A stretch of 64,000 bases of DNA from Lysobacterales bacterium. GTDB taxonomy: Bacteria > Pseudomonadota > Gammaproteobacteria > Xanthomonadales > SZUA-5. The first letter of the stretch is position 1, and each line of letters opens with the position of its first letter. The translations under genes were made by a program, and so were the position numbers. This document shows positions 1 through 8,580 of the stretch, in pieces. The notes under the pieces are model-generated. The model was not told where the DNA came from, did not search any database, and saw nothing but the letters and a program-made list of their open reading frames with translations. The stretch is from NCBI GenBank assembly GCA_022844165.1, contig JALHMH010000004.1:10197-74196 (forward strand), given 5' to 3'.

Positions 1-1409
1 TGACCCAACGCGGTCGCATCGAGTTCGCGCAGGCGGGCGGATTGCTCAATACCGACTTCATCGATAACTCGGCCGGCGTCGATACTTCCGATCACGAGGT
101 CAACATCAAGATATTGCTCAACGCGATCGTGGCCAGCGGCGAAATGACGCTGACTCAGCGCGATGAGTTGTTGGTGCAGATGACCGACGAAGTCGCGGCC
201 CTGGTACTTTTCGACAACTACCGCCAGAACCTGGCGATCAGCCTGATGCAGGCGCTCTCCGTACCGCGGCTCGGGTCGAAACAGCACTTCGTTCGAACAT
301 TAGAGCAGCAGTCGTTGCTTGATCGCGCGCTCGAGTATCTGCCGACCGACAAAGAATTCGAGGAGCGGAAGAGTAAAGGCCAGGGGCTGACGCGCCCCGA
401 GCTTTCGATCTTGCTCTCTTATTCCAAGATGGTGTTGTACAACCAGTTGCTCGATTCTGATGTGCCGGAAGATCCCTATTTGTCGAAGGAGCTGCAGCTG
501 TACTTCCCAACACCACTGCGCGAGCGCATGGCGTCGGCGATGGAGCAGCACCGGTTGCGCCGCGAAATTATCGCCACGCAAGTGACGAATTCGATCGTCA
601 ATCGTATGGGCTCGACTTTCATCCTGCGCACCAGCGAGGACACTGGCGAGGCACCGGCGCAGATTGCGAAGGCATTCACCATTGCGCGCGAAGTCGTGCG
701 TGCGCGGGATTGGTGGGCCGAAATGGATCGTGCGATCCAAGTGCCCGAGAACGTTGCCATGGACGTCACACTTGGCATTTGGAACCTGCTGCGTAACCTG
801 ACACGTTGGCTGTTGCAGTTGCCTGGCAACAAACTCGAGATTGCCGCTGAGGTCGGGCGTTTTGCGCCCGGATTCGAACAGCTCATCGGCGCGCTCGGCA
901 GCGTACTGCCGCAGAGCTATCGGGATGCCTATGCAGGCGAGGAACAGCGCCTGCTGGGTGCCGGGTATTCGACGGAAATGGCCTCCCGCATCAGCAAGCT
1001 GCCGGCGTTGAGTTCGTCTTTCGACGTGCTCGATCTGGCGCAGAGCGAAAAAGTGACGGTGGCCGACGCTGCAAGCGTGTATTTCGACATTGGCGATGCG
1101 CTGCATTTGCGCTGGATCCAGGAGCAAATCGAGACTCTGCCAGTGAGCGGCCGTTGGCATGCGAATGCGCGCGGCGTTTTGCGCGACGAGCTTTTTGCGC
1201 AACGTCGCGCGCTCTCGGCGCAACTGCTCAAGCGACCGCTGCCGGCGAATGGCAGCCGTGTGCAGGCGTGGATGAGCGAGGCCTCAGGCCCACTGGCCAA
1301 CACTCTGTCGATGTTGAATGAAATCAGCAGCCAGAAGTTACTCGACTACCCAACGATCTCGGTCGCCGTGCGGCGCCTGGGCATGTTAGTCGCGGCGGGG
1401 GCACGGTGA
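1..1409 (+). CDS. gdhB: NAD-specific glutamate dehydrogenase (large bacterial GDH), C-terminal part; the 5' end lies outside the window
   Basis: The reading frame is open from the window start. The segment LNTDFIDNSAGVDTSDHEVNIKILL and the long helical C-terminal region are typical of the ~1600-aa NAD-GDH family. The stop is at 1407-1409. Confidence 0.8.
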   Translation, partial: TQRGRIEFAQAGGLLNTDFIDNSAGVDTSDHEVNIKILLNAIVASGEMTLTQRDELLVQMTDEVAALVLFDNYRQNLAISLMQALSVPRLGSKQHFVRTLEQQSLLDRALEYLPTDKEFEERKSKGQGLTRPELSILLSYSKMVLYNQLLDSDVPEDPYLSKELQLYFPTPLRERMASAMEQHRLRREIIATQVTNSIVNRMGSTFILRTSEDTGEAPAQIAKAFTIAREVVRARDWWAEMDRAIQVPENVAMDVTLGIWNLLRNLTRWLLQLPGNKLEIAAEVGRFAPGFEQLIGALGSVLPQSYRDAYAGEEQRLLGAGYSTEMASRISKLPALSSSFDVLDLAQSEKVTVADAASVYFDIGDALHLRWIQEQIETLPVSGRWHANARGVLRDELFAQRRALSAQLLKRPLPANGSRVQAWMSEASGPLANTLSMLNEISSQKLLDYPTISVAVRRLGMLVAAGAR

Positions 1410-1467
1410 TGTTTCGGGAATCGACTTGCAACCGGCCACCAACCATTCACTGTCAACGAAGCAAACA

Positions 1468-2823
1468 ATGCTCACAGCCCTAAGCCCACTGGACGGCCGC
1501 TATCAGCGGCAAACCGAACCGCTCCGGCCGATCTTCAGCGAAGCGGGGCTGATCCGGCGTCGCGTGCTGGTGGAGTTGCGCTGGCTGGAGGCGCTTGCCG
1601 CCGAGCCGAACATTGTCGAGGTGCCGGCGTTGTCGCCGGATGCGATCGCGTTTTTGCGCGGCAAGGCCGAAAACTTCTCCGAAGCCGACGCCGCGGCCGT
1701 CAAAGCGATCGAATCGACGACCAACCACGATGTCAAGGCCGTCGAATACTGGATCAAGCGTCAGCTCGGAGACCACAATGAGCTCAGGCATGTTGCCGAA
1801 TTCGTGCACTTTGCCTGCACCAGCGAGGACATCAACAATCTGGCCTATGCGTTGATGCTGAAGGACGCGCGCGAAACGGTGCTGGTGGGTGCTTTGACGC
1901 GTGTGCTGATGGCCATGCGTGGCCTTTGCCAGGAGGCCGCCGAACTGCCGATGTTGAGCCGCACCCATGGGCAAACGGCTTCGCCTACCACCTTGGGCAA
2001 AGAGCTGCGCAATGTGATGGCGCGCATCGAGCGACAGTTTCGTCAGCTCGAAGCTCAGCCGCTGTTGGGAAAAATGAACGGCGCTGTCGGCAACTTCAAC
2101 GCCCACGTTGTTGCTTACCCTGAAGTGGAATGGCGTGCACTCGCGGCTGCGTTTGTCGAATCGCTGGGTCTGACGCACAACGCGCATACCACGCAGATCG
2201 AACCGCACGACTTTATCGCCGAATACTGCGATGTGCTGCGGCGCCTGGGTGTGGTGCTGATCGATTTTTGTCGCGATATCTGGGGTTATGTATCGCTTGG
2301 GTACTTTCGTCAGCAACGTGTTTCCGGTGAAGTCGGCTCATCGACGATGCCGCACAAGATCAATCCGATCGACTTCGAAAACGCCGAAGGCAACTTTGGT
2401 CTGGCCAATGCACTGTTCGGACATTTTGCAGAAAAGTTGCCGATCAGCCGCTTCCAGCGCGACCTGACCGATTCCACAGTTTTGCGCAGTCTCGGCAGCG
2501 CGGTTGGGTACTTCTTGATCGGCTTAAGATCCTTGGAGCGGGGATTGGGCAAGTTAAAGGTCGATCCGGAACGTATTGCCGCTGATCTTGATGGCGCAAC
2601 GGAGGTGCTGGCCGAAGCGGTGCAAACGGTGATGCGCCGTTACGGACTGCCAGAGCCCTACGAACAACTCAAAGCGCTGACTCGCGGCAACGCCATCGAC
2701 GAAGCAGCGCTGCGGACATTTGTTGCAGGACTCGATTTGCCGGCGGATGCCAAACAGCGACTGCTGGCCTTGCGACCCGCTGACTACATCGGTCTTGCCG
2801 CAAGCCTGGCGCGCGCACCGTGA
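1468..2823 (+). CDS. purB: adenylosuccinate lyase
   Basis: N-terminus is MLTALSPLDGRY. It carries TSEDINNLAY and the fumarate-lyase signature GSSTMPHKINP. I chose ATG 1468 over the longer ORF start at 1426. Confidence 0.9.
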   Translation: MLTALSPLDGRYQRQTEPLRPIFSEAGLIRRRVLVELRWLEALAAEPNIVEVPALSPDAIAFLRGKAENFSEADAAAVKAIESTTNHDVKAVEYWIKRQLGDHNELRHVAEFVHFACTSEDINNLAYALMLKDARETVLVGALTRVLMAMRGLCQEAAELPMLSRTHGQTASPTTLGKELRNVMARIERQFRQLEAQPLLGKMNGAVGNFNAHVVAYPEVEWRALAAAFVESLGLTHNAHTTQIEPHDFIAEYCDVLRRLGVVLIDFCRDIWGYVSLGYFRQQRVSGEVGSSTMPHKINPIDFENAEGNFGLANALFGHFAEKLPISRFQRDLTDSTVLRSLGSAVGYFLIGLRSLERGLGKLKVDPERIAADLDGATEVLAEAVQTVMRRYGLPEPYEQLKALTRGNAIDEAALRTFVAGLDLPADAKQRLLALRPADYIGLAASLARAP

Positions 2824-3944
2824 AATGGCCCATTGAGATCGACGCGCGAGGCCAGACCTTGGGCATGCCGGCCGCCCGTTTCTTGAAGCGTTATTGGCAA
2901 AAGCAGCCGCTGTTGATCCGCAACGCTTTCGTCGACTTCGATTGCCCGATTTCGCCAAATGATCTTGCCGGCCTGGCCACGCTGGCCACGGCGCCCTCGC
3001 GTTTGGTGCGTTACACCCGAAAGACCGATCGCTGGTCCGTGGCGAGTGGCCCCTTTGCCGACGATTCGTTCGCCCGGTTGGGCCGCCGCGACTGGACGCT
3101 CCTGGTTCAGGACGTGGACAAGTTCGATGACGATGTGCGTGCTTTGCTGGCGCACTTTCGGTTTGTGCCCAGCTGGCGGCTCGACGATGTGATGATTTCC
3201 TACGCCGTACCGGGTGGTTCGGTCGGCGCGCACATCGATCGCTACGATGTTTTTCTGCTGCAAGGGCAGGGCACTCGTCGTTGGGAAATCGATGTCTCGC
3301 CAAATCCGGACGAGCGCTTTCGCGACGATGCGCCGATCAAACTGCTGCAACGATTCGAATCGACTCACGCCTTCGATGTTCGTCCTGGCGATATGTTGTA
3401 CCTGCCACCGAACGTGCCGCACTTTGGTGTCGCACTCGACGAATGCCTGACGATTTCGGTCGGTATGCGGGCACCGGGCGGCGCTGAACTGTTGGCCGCA
3501 CTTGGCGCGGAGTTATTGCAAGGAAACGATGCGCTTCGGTATAGCGATGCAGATTTGATCGAGCGGGAATCGCCGGGCGAAGTCGACAACAGCGATGTGC
3601 GCCGGTTGCGCGATTCGCTGGTTCGCACACTGGCGTTGGACGACGATGCACTGGGCGATTTTTTCGCCCGGTTCTTGTCTCAATATCGCCAAAACGTCGT
3701 TCCAAAGGTGCGGCGCACAGCACCGCGTTGGACATCGCAGCAGCATCTGCTGCCAGCGATTCGACTTAGCTGGCGACGGTCGACGCAGGGCGTTTATCTA
3801 TACGGTAACGGACAAGCCATCGCCTGCAGCGAGCGCGTGGCGCGCACTGCGTGCGGCGAAACGGACCTGTCGTGGGTGGCCGCAGCCACAGCCGACGAAC
3901 AGTCGGCACTCAGCGAGTGTTGGAAACGCGGCTGGGTGCGCTAA
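2820..3944 (+). CDS. cupin/JmjC-type ribosomal oxygenase, RoxA/YcfD-like
   Basis: GTG 2820 overlaps the purB stop (GTGA). It has FLKRYWQKQPLLIR near the N-terminus and a cupin metal site pattern (GAHIDRYDVFLLQGQGTRRWEI ... YLPPNVPHFGVA). Confidence 0.7.
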   Translation: MKWPIEIDARGQTLGMPAARFLKRYWQKQPLLIRNAFVDFDCPISPNDLAGLATLATAPSRLVRYTRKTDRWSVASGPFADDSFARLGRRDWTLLVQDVDKFDDDVRALLAHFRFVPSWRLDDVMISYAVPGGSVGAHIDRYDVFLLQGQGTRRWEIDVSPNPDERFRDDAPIKLLQRFESTHAFDVRPGDMLYLPPNVPHFGVALDECLTISVGMRAPGGAELLAALGAELLQGNDALRYSDADLIERESPGEVDNSDVRRLRDSLVRTLALDDDALGDFFARFLSQYRQNVVPKVRRTAPRWTSQQHLLPAIRLSWRRSTQGVYLYGNGQAIACSERVARTACGETDLSWVAAATADEQSALSECWKRGWVR

Positions 3945-4414
3945 CTCAATTGCGCGTGGGCGCTGCCGATTGCGCTTGCACGGCAATTGCCAGACTCGCG
4001 GAGCAGCCGCAAATTGATCAGATGCGCTGCCGCAACTGTGAGCCCACCGCAGACTTGCAGCGTCACATGCAGCCAGGCGAGGTGATGCCAGTGACCAAAG
4101 GCGCCGATCAACAACATCAGAACGCCGGCCCCGCCAACCAACAGCGCGCTGCCACGGCGATGTTTGGAGAACCCGATGCTCAGCACCGTCAGTGCGAAGA
4201 TTGCCACACCACTGGCCATCATGCGCTCAGCGCTATGCGACCAAAGCAGCCACTGCGCAAGGCCGTGCCACTCGTGATTCACCGAGCGCAGTGCCAGTTG
4301 CAGGCCCGGCAAAAAAGCGAAGGCCAGTGGCAGCAGTGCACAATGGACGGCACAAGCGAACGACGCCCCGGCTCCCAGGCCATCCCAGCTCAGCGCAGTA
4401 CGATGTAAGCGCAT
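3941..4414 (-). CDS. MerC-domain-like small membrane protein (157 aa)
   Basis: The start is ATG at 4414 (MRLHRTALSW), inside the longer ORF 3941..4789. It has four hydrophobic helices. The CAVHCALLP motif in the first helix matches MerC-domain proteins. It is divergent from the zinc-uptake locus. Confidence 0.6.
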   Translation of the reverse strand: MRLHRTALSWDGLGAGASFACAVHCALLPLAFAFLPGLQLALRSVNHEWHGLAQWLLWSHSAERMMASGVAIFALTVLSIGFSKHRRGSALLVGGAGVLMLLIGAFGHWHHLAWLHVTLQVCGGLTVAAAHLINLRLLRESGNCRASAIGSAHAQLS

Positions 4415-4463
4415 TGTGAACCTCAGGAAGTGATACCGACGCCGAGTCGACCATTCGGCACTG

Positions 4464-4482
4464 CGTAACACTATAACATTAG
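4464..4482. promoter_or_regulatory. possible Zur-box half-site in the divergent MerC-like / ZrgA-like intergenic region
   Basis: The sequence cgtaacactataacattag contains TATAACATT, the right half of the gammaproteobacterial Zur consensus (..TGTTATAWTATAACA..). The left half is poor. Confidence 0.3.
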
Positions 4483-4508
4483 TGCCCTTCCAACGTCGGA
4501 GTTTCCCA

Positions 4509-5057
4509 ATGCGAGTTGTTGCGTTATTCAGCCTGATCGCCGTATCGCCGGTTGCGCACACACAATCGGACAACCTCGCCGCGCACGTCCACGGTGCGGC
4601 GAACGCGCAGCTCACGTTCGACGGCAGCGATGTCCAGATGGTTCTGACGGTACCGATGATCGACGTCGCGGGCTTCGAAGGAAACGCTGATACCGACGAG
4701 CGTAAGGCCAGACTGGATGCCGGGTTGCGCGCGCTGGAGGCTGTTGCACGGGCAGCACGGTTTGCCGGCGGCGAGTGCACCTCGCGCACGGCGCAGGCTG
4801 CGAGTCAGGGCGACGAGCACGCGGATGAGCATGAACACGACCATGATCACGATCACGATCACGGACACGCTGAGGAGCACGCGCACAGCGATGCGATGCT
4901 CAAAGCCGCCTGGACGTGCTCTGGCGACATCCGCGCATTGACGTTCGATCCGTGGCAATCTTTCCCGACCTTAGAGACGGTGTCGTTCGAGTGGATCAAA
5001 GCGGATGGTCAGGGTTCGGCAAAGTTGGCGCGCGGAACGACCGATCTGCCGCTGTGA
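4509..5057 (+). CDS. periplasmic His-rich metal-binding protein, DUF2796/ZrgA-like
   Basis: Signal peptide MRVVALFSLIAVSPVAHT. His/Asp/Glu tract DEHADEHEHDHDHDHDHGHAEEHAH. It is followed by an ABC ATPase, an FtsX permease and DUF3299, the zrgABCD gene order. Confidence 0.7.
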   Translation: MRVVALFSLIAVSPVAHTQSDNLAAHVHGAANAQLTFDGSDVQMVLTVPMIDVAGFEGNADTDERKARLDAGLRALEAVARAARFAGGECTSRTAQAASQGDEHADEHEHDHDHDHDHGHAEEHAHSDAMLKAAWTCSGDIRALTFDPWQSFPTLETVSFEWIKADGQGSAKLARGTTDLPL

Positions 5058-5740
5058 GCGAGGCCTTGATCGAGCTTCGCGAGCTCAAATTCGGCTGGGC
5101 CAAGGATCGCGTCGATCTCGATATTCCGGCTCTCGATGTGGCCTGCGGCGGACGCGTGTTCGTGCGTGGGCCCAGCGGCAGCGGCAAGAGTACGTTGCTG
5201 TCGTTGCTGGCGGGCGTGGTGGTCGCGCGCTCCGGCTCCGTGCGCTTGCTCGGGCAGGCGATGGAAGCATTGAGTGGTTCGGCGCGCGACCGTTTCCGTG
5301 CCGAACACATCGGTTATGTGTTCCAGCAGTTCAACCTGCTGCCATATTTGAGCGCCGTCGATAATGTGCTGCTCGGGTTGCGTTTTTCGCGGCGGCGGGC
5401 TGCCGGTATCGTTGATCGAGCCGCCGCAGCGTACGAGCTTCTGCAACGGCTTGGATTGGATCTGGCCCACGCTCAGGCCTTGGCAGGCGCGTTGAGTGTT
5501 GGCCAGCAGCAGCGTGTTGCCGCGGCGCGCGCGTTGATTGGTGCGCCGGCGTTGATCATCGCCGATGAGCCGACATCAGCCCTCGATGCCGATACGCGCG
5601 ATCAGTTCCTGTCGCTGCTGCTCGACGCCAGCACCGCGGCGGGCAGCGCGGTGTTGTTTGTGAGCCACGATTCGAGTCTGGCAAGCCATTTCGATCAGAG
5701 CTGGGATTTGAATCTTCTCAATCGCGCGAGGGCGCACTGA
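5054..5740 (+). CDS. ABC transporter ATP-binding protein (MacB/LolD-like; ZrgB-like position)
   Basis: Walker A GPSGSGKST, signature LSVGQQQR, Walker B LIIADEPT. GTG 5054 overlaps the upstream stop. The longest ORF, starting at 4916, would overlap the preceding gene. Confidence 0.85.
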   Translation: MSEALIELRELKFGWAKDRVDLDIPALDVACGGRVFVRGPSGSGKSTLLSLLAGVVVARSGSVRLLGQAMEALSGSARDRFRAEHIGYVFQQFNLLPYLSAVDNVLLGLRFSRRRAAGIVDRAAAAYELLQRLGLDLAHAQALAGALSVGQQQRVAAARALIGAPALIIADEPTSALDADTRDQFLSLLLDASTAAGSAVLFVSHDSSLASHFDQSWDLNLLNRARAH

Positions 5741-6996
5741 TGCTGGCCAGGATCGCGCGGTCCAGTTTGAAAAGCCGACGGGTCTCGGCGTTATTGACGC
5801 TGCTCACCATTGCCGTCAGCGTGGCGTTGTTGCTGGCCGTCGAGCGAATTCGGGTGGAAACGCGGAACAGTTTTTCCAGCACGATTTCGGGCACCGATTT
5901 GATTGTCGGTGCGCGTACCGGGCCTGTGCAGCTGTTGTTGTATTCGGTATTTCGCATCGGCGATGCAACCAACAACATTCGCTACGCGAGCTATCAGGAG
6001 ATCGCCCAACATCCGCAGGTGGCTTTCGCGATTCCCATCTCTCTGGGCGACTCGCATCGCGGATTTCGTGTGATCGGCACCACGTCGGCGTACTTCGAGC
6101 ATTTCCGCTTTGGCGACAAGCGGTCGCTGGCTTTCGCCCAGGGTGCGCCATTCGCCGATCTGTACGATGCCGTGCTCGGCGCCGAAGTGGCGCAAGAACT
6201 GGGTTACACGCTGGATCAGCAGATCGTCATTGCGCATGGCACCGGGCGCGCCGACATCATGCGCCATGACGACAAGCCGTTTCGTATCGTCGGCATTCTG
6301 GCGCGCACCGGAACGCCAGTCGATCGCAGTGTGCATGTCAGTCTGGAAGCCATCGAAGCGATCCACGTTGACTGGCAGTCGGGCGCACGCCTGCCGGGCC
6401 GCATGATCGACGCGCAGGCTGCGCGTGCAATGGACCTCACGCCCAAAGCGGTGACGGCGGTGTTTGTTGGTCTGCGCTCGCGAATGGCGGCATTTTCGAT
6501 CCAGCGCCAGATCAACGAGTTTCGCGGCGAACCGCTGCTCGCGATTATGCCTGGCATCACCCTGACCCAACTGTGGAGTCTGATCGGCGTCGCCGAGAAC
6601 GCGCTGCTGTTGGTGGCCATTTGTGTGGTGATTGCCGGCATTCTTGGCATGGTGACAGCGCTGGTGACCACGTTGAACGAGCGACGGCGGGAAATGGCAA
6701 TACTGCGTGCTTTGGGCGCCCGGCCATGGCACATCGGTTTGCTGCTGGTGCTGGAGGCCACATTGCTCAGCGCGGTTGGTGCGTTGCTGGGTTGGTTGTT
6801 GCTCGCACTGGCGATGTTGGCTTTGGCGCCGTGGTTAGCCAGTGCCTACGGCTTGTTCATTCAACCCCTGGCGATCGTACCTCGTGAACTATTGCTCGTC
6901 GGCGCGGTCGTCGCTTCAGGTATTCTCGCCGGATTGATTCCCGCTCTGATGGCCTATTCCCGCTCGTTGAGCGATGGCCTCAGTATTCGCGTCTAG
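5740..6996 (+). CDS. FtsX-family ABC permease (ZrgC-like position)
   Basis: ATG shares one nt with the upstream TGA. It has an N-terminal TM helix, a large periplasmic loop and three C-terminal TM helices, typical of MacB/LolE-type permeases. Confidence 0.85.
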   Translation: MLARIARSSLKSRRVSALLTLLTIAVSVALLLAVERIRVETRNSFSSTISGTDLIVGARTGPVQLLLYSVFRIGDATNNIRYASYQEIAQHPQVAFAIPISLGDSHRGFRVIGTTSAYFEHFRFGDKRSLAFAQGAPFADLYDAVLGAEVAQELGYTLDQQIVIAHGTGRADIMRHDDKPFRIVGILARTGTPVDRSVHVSLEAIEAIHVDWQSGARLPGRMIDAQAARAMDLTPKAVTAVFVGLRSRMAAFSIQRQINEFRGEPLLAIMPGITLTQLWSLIGVAENALLLVAICVVIAGILGMVTALVTTLNERRREMAILRALGARPWHIGLLLVLEATLLSAVGALLGWLLLALAMLALAPWLASAYGLFIQPLAIVPRELLLVGAVVASGILAGLIPALMAYSRSLSDGLSIRV

Positions 6997-7019
6997 CAGG
7001 CTGTTGGGAAACAGCCTGC
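6996..7019 (+). terminator. perfect 10-bp stem hairpin immediately after the permease stop
   Basis: gcaggctgtt-ggga-aacagcctgc. There is no U-tract after it, so intrinsic-terminator function is uncertain. Two further hairpins follow at about 7068-7090 and 7099-7125. Confidence 0.35.
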
Positions 7020-7133
7020 GGGCGCGAACCATGGGTCGAGCACGTAGGTGCTTGATCCATGCAGAGCGAGTCCGGACATGTGTCGGACTCGCGACTTGAG
7101 AAATGCACAGGAAGTGCGTTTCTCAACAACGAG

Positions 7134-7294
7134 CTGGTGTGGTGTGTCATAAATAAGTTGAAGAAAATTCCGATGGATTTCGTCGCCAGGCAAGGCGCGG
7201 GAAGAAGGAATAGCGCTTCTATTGCGACGACGAGCAACGCAGCATGGCGGCGAAAGACGCGGAACTGGTTCAGGGTATTTATGACACACCACAC
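7134..7294. repeat. MITE-like element, family C copy 1 (~160 bp, ~20-bp terminal inverted repeats)
   Basis: The left end ctggtgtggtgtgtcataaata pairs with the right end tatttatgacacaccacac. The interior aligns, in inverted orientation, with 25403-25559. Confidence 0.6.
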
Positions 7295-7529
7295 TAACGA
7301 GGCTCCGCCTCAGACCGCCGAGCATTGTTGGCTTCGTTCAGCAGTGTACTTGCCACAACCCGCGCTTCGTGTTTCTGGCCCAGCGGCGCAGCCGCCGGGC
7401 GTTCGACTCGACACACGCCTGCGGCGTGTCAGCGTCGAGTCTCACCCCCTTAACTTAAGGGGCTGCAAAAGCCAAAGCCGCTCCTAAGAATCAGACTGAA
7501 ATGACAAGATCCAGCTTCATCAAGGACTC
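7295..7529. repeat. interspersed hairpin-rich repeat, family B copy 1 (~235 bp)
   Basis: It starts taacgaggctccgcctcagaccgccgagcattg and ends catcaaggactc. It aligns along its length with 10461-10703 and contains the internal hairpins acacgcc-tgc-ggcgtgt and ccccttaa-c-ttaagggg. Confidence 0.6.
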
Positions 7530-7667
7530 TAACGAGGCTTCGCCTCAGACCGACGAGCATTGCTGGCTTCGTCCGACAGCGTACTCGCCACAACCCCGCA
7601 CTCCGCATTTCCGGCCCAGCGGCGCACATTTGACGCATGTGTCGAGATCCGCCTCCGTCAAGGACTC
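7530..7667. repeat. family B copy 2, internally deleted, directly abutting copy 1
   Basis: It has the same 5' end (taacgaggcttcgcctcagaccgacgagcattgctggcttcg) and 3' end (ccgtcaaggactc) as B1 and B3. It lacks the central ~100 bp. Confidence 0.6.
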
Positions 7668-7689
7668 TGGCTGCAATCGAAGAGTATCC

Positions 7690-8169
7690 ATGCGCATCGT
7701 CGTTCTTACGCTGTTGTTCGTCTTGCTGGCGACTCCCGCGATGGCCGAAGGGCCGCGCGAATTGGATTGGTTGGAGATGATGCCGAAGGACGAAGTCGAC
7801 GCGCTGATGAACCAGTCCAGCATCGAGCATTCGGGCATGTTCAAGCCTGAGCAGGCGGGGAGCTTTAACGTCATCGCCGAACTGGACAATCAGCACGTCA
7901 AGATCGCCGGATACATTGTGCCGTTGGAAGTCGATGGCAAAAATCAGATGAGCGAGTTTTTCATCGTCCCGTATTTTGGCGCCTGCATCCATGTGCCGCC
8001 GCCGCCGCCGAATCAGATTGTGCTGGCGCGCCTGAAAGACCCGATTCCAGTGACGGAGATCTACGATGCGTTCTGGATCGAAGGCACGCTCAATGTTGAG
8101 ACGATCCACAACGACATTGCATCGGCTGCGTACACGCTGGATGTTCAGAGCGTGAAACTCTGGGAATAG
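7690..8169 (+). CDS. DUF3299-family periplasmic protein (ZrgD-like position)
   Basis: Signal peptide MRIVVLTLLFVLLATPAMA. It carries the hallmark FFIVPYFGACIHVPPPPPNQIV. ATG 7690 lies inside the longer ORF 7501..8169, whose first part is repeat B2. Confidence 0.75.
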   Translation: MRIVVLTLLFVLLATPAMAEGPRELDWLEMMPKDEVDALMNQSSIEHSGMFKPEQAGSFNVIAELDNQHVKIAGYIVPLEVDGKNQMSEFFIVPYFGACIHVPPPPPNQIVLARLKDPIPVTEIYDAFWIEGTLNVETIHNDIASAAYTLDVQSVKLWE

Positions 8170-8580
8170 TGTGAACAAGTCGCCTCACGCGCTGCATGGC
8201 GCGTGACATCGAGCGCCGCGATCTCGTACACTTGTCGTGTCCGCGCGCTGATTCGAGCGCTGCTCCGGTTTTTCTGGTTCGCCTGTTGTGCGCCCAACGC
8301 GTCACCGCAAGGGGAGTGCCAGAGATCGTTTGCCGGTGCAAGCGGCCCGCGACCTGGTCGATGCATAGGTCGCAATAGAGCAGATCGAATAACTGTAGCG
8401 AGCAGGTTGAGCGCACCGCGCCGGAACTGCAGTGAACCGTGGCGTTCACGAACTTTCCAGGCACAAAGTCATGCAGCGATCGAACCGCGCAACAGGTTAG
8501 TCGGAATGCTCGAAAGGGGCATCTGTAGAGCGAGAAGCTCCAGAGGCCGATCCGTTAATCGCAATTGAGAGCACGATTTG

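Noticed and set aside
300-1223. Long antisense or shadow ORFs inside real genes. This one is an example; others are 9259..10389(-), 16348..17229(+), 35590..36579(- upstream part), 44695..46101(+), 58372..59403(+) and 60058..61053(+).
   Set aside because: They are typical high-GC shadow frames: Arg/Ala/Pro/Gly-rich, with no motifs, and fully overlapped by ORFs that have clear family signatures on the other strand or frame.
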